Below, one piece after another: positions 58,413 to 64,000 of a stretch of DNA of 64,000 nt. The stretch covers positions 2,880,001 through 2,944,000 of the forward strand of contig OZ244042.1 in assembly GCA_965215015.1 (NCBI GenBank). Direction: 5' to 3'. The stretch's first letter is position 1; the number at the start of each line of letters is the position of its first letter. The DNA is from Candidatus Poribacteria bacterium (GTDB lineage: Bacteria; Poribacteria; WGA-4E; PCPOR2b). The notes under the pieces were generated by a model. That model searched no databases. It saw nothing but the letters and a program-made list of their open reading frames with translations, and was not told the DNA's origin. A program made the translations under genes and the position numbers.

Positions 58413-59753
58413 ATGTCTCAACTTACCCATCACGTTACCCGTTCTAATCAACTTTATAAGCGGGCTGGCGAAATTATCCCCGGCTGGACGCAACTGATCA
58501 GCCGACGTGCCAGCCAATTTGCCAATGGTGTCAGTCCTACCTATGCCCAACGTGCCAAAGGCTCCCGTTTCATTGATGTCGATGGAAATGAATACATTGA
58601 TTGGGTCAACGCTGTTGGGGCGATCATCCTCGGTCATGCGGATCCGGTCGTAGACATGGCGGTCAAAGACCAAATCGATCGCGGTAGCCTTTACACGCTG
58701 AATGGGCCGGTGGAAATCGAATTGGCGGAAGAACTGCTAGAGACCATTCCGAGTGCTGAGATGGTGCGGTATACCAAAGGCGGCGGCGAAGCTTGTGCCG
58801 TTGCGGCGCGCATCGCACGAGGTACAACCGGCAAAGATAAAATTGTGTTCTGCGGCTACCACGGTTGGCACGATTGGTATCAAGCAGCGAATTATGGTGT
58901 CGATCCTGAAAGCGGCGAATACCCGTTTGCAGGGATTGAACCAATCGGTGTGCCGCAAGCACTCGCCGGGACCGCAATCCCCTTTGTTTATGGCGATCTT
59001 GCTATGTTAGAGAGACTACTAGAGGAGCATCAAGGTGAGGTTGCAGCGGTTATGATGGAACCCGCCCGTTCCGAGTTGCCTGAGCCGGGATACCTAGAAG
59101 GGGTCAAAGCCCTTGCCCATAAGCATGAGGCTATTTTTATCTTTGACGAGGTATCTTGTGGTTGGCGGTACTCGGTTGGTGGTATGCAAAAACCTCTAGG
59201 CGTTATTCCAGATATGACTGTCGTCGCAAAGGCGATGTCAAACGGCTATCCGATGGGGGCTGTGGTTGGTTCACGAGAGGTGATGGAGCCGGCCAGTCGT
59301 ATGTTTATCTCCAGCTCCTATTGGAGCGATAATATTGGAGCTGTTGCTGCACTGACCACGATTCGTGAGCTGAGACGCCGGAATTCTGAGATTCGTTTTA
59401 AGGAACTTGGCGAGAATTTGCGTTCCGTCCTCAACGAAGTAATTGCCGCTAATGGGCTATCAGGTGCCTGTACCGGTCTCCATACCAGCCTTGCTGTTTC
59501 CATTGATTTACCGGATGAAACGCTGGCACCCGAAGTCAAAACACTATTTATCCAAGAAATGGCAAAGCGTGGTGTTCATTGTTATATGGGATTTAAGGGA
59601 ACTCTTGCTCACACTGAGGAAGATATCCGTTTGACTGCTGATGCGGTGGCGGGGGCATTGGGCGTAATTAAATCTGCTCTGGACGCAGGCGATGTGGACA
59701 GTTTGCTGGAATCTGACCTGAAGAAGGATCCGTTTCGCCGTTTGGTCCGGTAG
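58413..59753 (+). CDS. Class III aminotransferase (GSA-aminomutase-like)
   Basis: DVDGNEYID, GYHGWHDW, FDEV, AKAMSNGYP. Confidence 0.9.
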   Translation: MSQLTHHVTRSNQLYKRAGEIIPGWTQLISRRASQFANGVSPTYAQRAKGSRFIDVDGNEYIDWVNAVGAIILGHADPVVDMAVKDQIDRGSLYTLNGPVEIELAEELLETIPSAEMVRYTKGGGEACAVAARIARGTTGKDKIVFCGYHGWHDWYQAANYGVDPESGEYPFAGIEPIGVPQALAGTAIPFVYGDLAMLERLLEEHQGEVAAVMMEPARSELPEPGYLEGVKALAHKHEAIFIFDEVSCGWRYSVGGMQKPLGVIPDMTVVAKAMSNGYPMGAVVGSREVMEPASRMFISSSYWSDNIGAVAALTTIRELRRRNSEIRFKELGENLRSVLNEVIAANGLSGACTGLHTSLAVSIDLPDETLAPEVKTLFIQEMAKRGVHCYMGFKGTLAHTEEDIRLTADAVAGALGVIKSALDAGDVDSLLESDLKKDPFRRLVR

Positions 59754-59801
59754 TTACTCTTAAATTCTGTTCGTCTTTGATATACTGTTATTGGGAGATT
59801 A

Positions 59802-60881
59802 TTGCTTATGCTAATTGTTGATGCTCACCTTGATCTTTCTTGGAACGCACTTCAAGGAAATCGAGACTTGTTGCGTTCCGCTTATACCATCCGCACACAA
59901 GAGGTCGGCACCCCAGGCAAGGGACGTGCCCAAGGCACCGTTGCGTTCCCGGACATGCGTCAGGGGCGACTTGCGGTATCTGTCGTCACCCTGTTTGCTC
60001 GCTGCACCGGACGACCTGCTCCCCATTCCGATTATGCGTCACCAACCCAGTCTTACGGGGTTGCCCAAGGACAGTTAGCTTACTATCGCGCTTTGGAGCA
60101 CGAGGGTCATATTCGCATTATCAAAAATCGAGCGAATTTGGATAGCCATATAGCGCATTGGGAGGCTTGGGAAAAGACGGGATCAGATGACACCCCACCA
60201 CTTGGGTTTGTAATTAGCATGGAGGGGGCGGATCCGATTCTAAACCCAGATCAGCTGGAGGAGTGGGTCGGAGGGGGCCTGCGTCTGCTCGGACTCACGC
60301 ACTATGGACCAGGACGCTACGCTGGCGGGACAGGCACCGAATTGGGCTTAACTGAATTAGGAGCACCGCTGCTCGCTGAAATGGAGCGGTTAGGCGTTAC
60401 CCTCGATCTCACTCACTGCTCGGATCAGGCGTTCTGGAAAGCGTTGGAGCATTATAAAGGATTGGTGTTGGCAAGCCATAATAACTGTCGTGCGCTGGTC
60501 CCCCATCAACGTCAGTTCAGCGATGAACAATTGCGAGCAATTTTTGAACGAGATGGTGTGATTGGTGCGGCTTTTGACGCGTGGATGTTGCAACCAGGCT
60601 GGGTCTCTGGACAAAGCACTAATGAAGGGGTCACGTTGAACACAGTCGTTGATCACATGGACTACGTATGCCAATTGGCGGGCAATAGCCGTCACGCTGG
60701 CATCGGCACAGATCTTGATGGTGGCTACGGACGTGAACAATCCCCTTCCGATTTGGACACGATTGCCGATCTCCAAAAACTTGCGGGTTTACTGGCGGAT
60801 CGCGGCTATAATGATGACGATATTACAGCCATCATGCACGGAAACTGGCTGCGTCTGCTACGCCAGGCATGGAGCAATTAA
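59802..60881 (+). CDS. M19 membrane-dipeptidase family
   Basis: DAHLD, SMEGAD, DLTH, ASHNN, GTDLDGG, GNW. Confidence 0.9.
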   Translation: MLMLIVDAHLDLSWNALQGNRDLLRSAYTIRTQEVGTPGKGRAQGTVAFPDMRQGRLAVSVVTLFARCTGRPAPHSDYASPTQSYGVAQGQLAYYRALEHEGHIRIIKNRANLDSHIAHWEAWEKTGSDDTPPLGFVISMEGADPILNPDQLEEWVGGGLRLLGLTHYGPGRYAGGTGTELGLTELGAPLLAEMERLGVTLDLTHCSDQAFWKALEHYKGLVLASHNNCRALVPHQRQFSDEQLRAIFERDGVIGAAFDAWMLQPGWVSGQSTNEGVTLNTVVDHMDYVCQLAGNSRHAGIGTDLDGGYGREQSPSDLDTIADLQKLAGLLADRGYNDDDITAIMHGNWLRLLRQAWSN

Positions 60882-60909
60882 CACAGATTGAAATAAACAG
60901 AGGAAAATT

Positions 60910-61713
60910 ATGAGTGCCGATGAACGCAGTGTTATAGATCTATTCAGCTTGCAGGGCAAAGTTGCGGTGATCACAGGGGCGTGTGGTTGGTTAGGGTCAG
61001 CGATGAGCCGGGGCCTCGCAGAAGCAGGGGCGCAGGTAGTAGTTACCAGCCGTGATGGTGGGCCGGCTGCCGAATTTGCTGCCACGCTGCCCGGAGATGG
61101 ACACCTGGGTTTGGGGTTCAGTCAGGGTGACACCGACACGATTCCCGGATTCGTCGCAGAAGTGGTGGAACGGATGGGTAAGATTGATGTGTTGGTCAAT
61201 AACGCTTACGGCGGTACAGCACCGGACATCGACAACGCTACAGCGGAGGACTTTAATCAAGCGTATCATGTCGGCGTAACAGCATATTTTTTGCTGGCGC
61301 GAGATGTGATGCTGCATCTACGCGAGAATCAGCGGCCCGGATCGATTATCAATATCGCCAGTATGTATGGTGTCGTTGCGAGCTATCCGAGCGCATACGA
61401 AGGATTGCCGGCCAACAGTCCGCCCAATTATCACGCGCTCAAGGGTGGTGTGGTACATTTAACCCGTCATCTCGCCGCGTACTGGGCAAGATACAATATT
61501 CGGGTCAATGCCATCGCTCCCGGACCGTTCCCCAAGCCAGCGGTACGCAACAGTGTTGAAGGTTTCATCCCTCGCCTAGAGGAGAAGGTGCCGTTGGGAC
61601 GCATGGGACGGCCAGAGGAATTGAAAGGGGCAGTCGTACTGTTAGCCAGCGACGCTGGCAGTTATATTACCGGACAGAATTTGTTAATTGATGGTGGGTG
61701 GACTGCCTGGTAG
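60910..61713 (+). CDS. SDR oxidoreductase (gluconate 5-dehydrogenase-like)
   Basis: TGACGWLG, NNA, YHALK, TGQNL.IDGG. Confidence 0.9.
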   Translation: MSADERSVIDLFSLQGKVAVITGACGWLGSAMSRGLAEAGAQVVVTSRDGGPAAEFAATLPGDGHLGLGFSQGDTDTIPGFVAEVVERMGKIDVLVNNAYGGTAPDIDNATAEDFNQAYHVGVTAYFLLARDVMLHLRENQRPGSIINIASMYGVVASYPSAYEGLPANSPPNYHALKGGVVHLTRHLAAYWARYNIRVNAIAPGPFPKPAVRNSVEGFIPRLEEKVPLGRMGRPEELKGAVVLLASDAGSYITGQNLLIDGGWTAW

Positions 61714-61837
61714 GAAGCATAGATTGAGGGCGGATAGAATGATGCACCGCAGCGATCATAGGTTAGGAAACTTGTGCAGCGAGAGTGAGAACGAGACCTC
61801 ATATCAAATGCATAAATTCTGATAAATTAACCGTCAC

Positions 61838-62086
61838 TTATGTTGATTGACCATTTTGCAATGCTGCTACCTTCTCCTTCAAGGGACGATAGACATACTC
61901 ATTCATCACTGCGATTGCTCCGCGATCAGACTGGTCACGGACGACACCCGCATACGCCTCTAACGCCTGACGCGCGGTGGTCAATGCGATCTCTGCAGAC
62001 AGGATCGCTTCAGTAGATTTTCCGTCAGCTTCTGCAATCACAGCATGGCGAACTGCGGCGATCATATCTAGATAACCGATGCCAAA
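61838..62086 (-). pseudogene. C-terminal remnant of a larger hypothetical gene
   Basis: Protein-like frame FGIGYLDMIAAVRH...DRGAIAVMNEYVYRPLK without SD or plausible N-terminus. Confidence 0.4.
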
Positions 62087-62208
62087 AGGTCAGGTGAGAT
62101 ATTCGCCAACTTATGCGGTTTTTTCTGCTCATAATCGATACTCTTCCTACTGTCTCCAGACCTACATTTATAATGCTAGGCGGGCTCGAACCGTTGAAAT
62201 AGTTGGCG

Positions 62209-63051
62209 TCAAGGGCATGTTAGGGTGACTGTTTCCTGTTTGACAATCTGTTTGACGTGCTTGTAGGGGGCAACCTCGATTAATTCCAGTGTCTCTGGCG
62301 ACAATTTTTCTTTAATTTTGTCTGGGAAGGAGTCGAAGCTCCCGTAGGCGGTGTACTGTGGCATGTATCGCAGTATCAGAAAGCGACGATCTCGATCTTT
62401 CGGTTTCCAGACGAGGACACCGTGGGTGAGCAGTTCCGAGATAATAACGACATCGCCAGCGCGTGGCGTGATATTGGTCACAGCTGGATGTGCCTCCGGA
62501 TCATTCTCATTATTGTCCGGGACAAACAGATTCGGTGGGCGTAAAAACTCACTTTTGTGAGAACCCGGAATTACAACGAGGCCTCCATCGCCGGGCATCA
62601 CATCGGTCAGGTAGAAGAAGACAACGAAAAAATCACAGTAAACCTGTCCATCTTGGCAGAAATAACGGGGCATTTCCGGTCCACCACCGCCTTCTCGTGC
62701 ACAGTGCAGCGGGTGAAATCCTTGTCCATGGGTATTTCGTCCCAACGTGCCACTGGTGAACCGGGGTTTGTCACCGGTCAACTCCCTAATGATGGGCCAA
62801 GTCCCCGGATGAAAGCAGAGAAACTCCAGTGCCTTATCAAATGCAAAGCCGTGGGAATAGGGGGTAAAGTCTGGACGCTCTAGATTTGCCCCGAATCCAG
62901 GTTCCCATTTTTCGGGTGGAGTGCAGATGTAACGGTCAGCTGCCTCTTGAGCCTGTTTCAATTCTTCAGGACTCAGGACGTTTTCTAGGTGGAGATAGCC
63001 GGTTACATCAAACAAGTAGCGTTGTTTGGGTGTCATTGAAGCCTCCGACAA
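62209..63051 (-). CDS. PhyH-family Fe/2OG enzyme with atypical H-x-A motif
   Basis: QRYLFDVTGYL, LHCA, YLTDV..GDGG..VIPGSHK, LTHG. Confidence 0.85.
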   Translation of the reverse strand: MSEASMTPKQRYLFDVTGYLHLENVLSPEELKQAQEAADRYICTPPEKWEPGFGANLERPDFTPYSHGFAFDKALEFLCFHPGTWPIIRELTGDKPRFTSGTLGRNTHGQGFHPLHCAREGGGGPEMPRYFCQDGQVYCDFFVVFFYLTDVMPGDGGLVVIPGSHKSEFLRPPNLFVPDNNENDPEAHPAVTNITPRAGDVVIISELLTHGVLVWKPKDRDRRFLILRYMPQYTAYGSFDSFPDKIKEKLSPETLELIEVAPYKHVKQIVKQETVTLTCP

Positions 63052-63095
63052 TGGTCAAATAGTGCAGCACTCTGTGGCAAGGGGTTTGGTAAATC

Positions 63096-63950
63096 TCATC
63101 CTGTCATCACTTCCTCTTGATCTGATGGGGAGTAAAAATAGGATCCGGGCTGCCATTCTCCAATATCTCCAAGCAACCTCCGCTGTCGAGGTTTACACCG
63201 CTTCAAAAGTTCTGGGGATGCCTCTTTATAATCGTAAGTACGGAAGCAGTGGTGGTTATAACAGTAAATGAGTGTTTTGCGTGCATAGCTCGATCTATTG
63301 ATCGCTGCACCGTGCCATAACGCATGTGGGAAAACCGCTGCGTCCCCGGCCTCCACGCAGAGCTGTACCGCTTCGGTGCTGTGAGGCCTTTCTGCGTTTC
63401 TAAGTTGTGCTGCTGGGAAGGGGCGGTAATGGCTACCGGGGACAACTGTGAAGTTCCCATGCTCGACAGCAGCGAGCGATGTCAGAAAATATTGAATCTT
63501 AATCTGCAATGGAAGGCTGCTTTTATCAACCCGTATGTGTTGCATTGCTTGACCACCATCTGGGTGAAGCGCATGTGCAAGTCCTTTTCCTTCCGGATTT
63601 GGCGGTCGAATCATGGCTTGAGACATACTCAATTGAATGAAGGGGCCGAGGAGTTCAAGTACAACCGGGAATGTTATGGGATGGTCCATCAGTTCGACGA
63701 AAATATCGTTGTCCTCAATGATATTCAGTTTATTGAGTCCGGTATACGGCTTCACGTCTAATCTATTTTGTGGGTCTTCGGAGCGTAGCTGCTTTCGATG
63801 TTCTTCATCTATCTGATCGATAACAGCTGTCAGGTTCTTGATTTCCTCTGCAGAAAGCACACCTTTTAGAACGAGATAGCCATCTTCTTTCCATTGACAT
63901 TTTTGCTTTTCGGTCAAAACTGCTATTTCCACGACGGTCTCCTCAAGCAT
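63096..63950 (-). CDS. PhyH-family dioxygenase
   Basis: LHPD, GNF.VVPGSH, LWHG. Confidence 0.88.
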   Translation of the reverse strand: MLEETVVEIAVLTEKQKCQWKEDGYLVLKGVLSAEEIKNLTAVIDQIDEEHRKQLRSEDPQNRLDVKPYTGLNKLNIIEDNDIFVELMDHPITFPVVLELLGPFIQLSMSQAMIRPPNPEGKGLAHALHPDGGQAMQHIRVDKSSLPLQIKIQYFLTSLAAVEHGNFTVVPGSHYRPFPAAQLRNAERPHSTEAVQLCVEAGDAAVFPHALWHGAAINRSSYARKTLIYCYNHHCFRTYDYKEASPELLKRCKPRQRRLLGDIGEWQPGSYFYSPSDQEEVMTG

Positions 63951-64000
63951 CTAGCGTTTTATACTTTGTTACGCACAAATCTTTGACTATTTGCTAAGTC

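Noticed and set aside
1-64000. rRNA, tRNA, CRISPR arrays, prophage structural genes
   Set aside because: None recognised on either strand.

Overview
Bacterial chromosomal window, most likely Candidatus Poribacteria. This assignment is inferred from the many PhyH dioxygenases, TolB-like proteins ending in a 'PVS..G..xxWGDIK' motif, the futalosine pathway and the repeat families. Contents: the 5' part of a giant (>1720 aa) secreted repeat protein that the ORF track misses (5163->1); a dcw segment (murD-ftsW-murG-murC-[RHH]-ftsQ-ftsA-ftsZ-radical SAM); many catabolic enzymes; an orphan N4-C DNA methyltransferase with a deleted TdeIII/MjaII-type endonuclease; mqnE-mqnA; purH; holA; an ECF sigma/anti-sigma pair; an IS4-family element; IS607 and IS200/IS605 remnants; and several REP/MITE-like repeats. 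The most striking feature is at 31.85-36.84 kb. A 176-aa membrane-anchored Fn3/Ig-like gene is followed by four ~1.15-kb units of secreted beta-propeller genes, three of them preceded by an orphan C-terminal cassette of the 176-aa gene. The cassettes carry a hypervariable 5-codon patch, and the propellers are block-wise combinatorial mosaics that vary mainly at predicted binding-face positions. This resembles polymorphic toxin/immunity cassette arrays but has no recognisable toxin. No CRISPR array, rRNA, tRNA or reverse transcriptase was seen.
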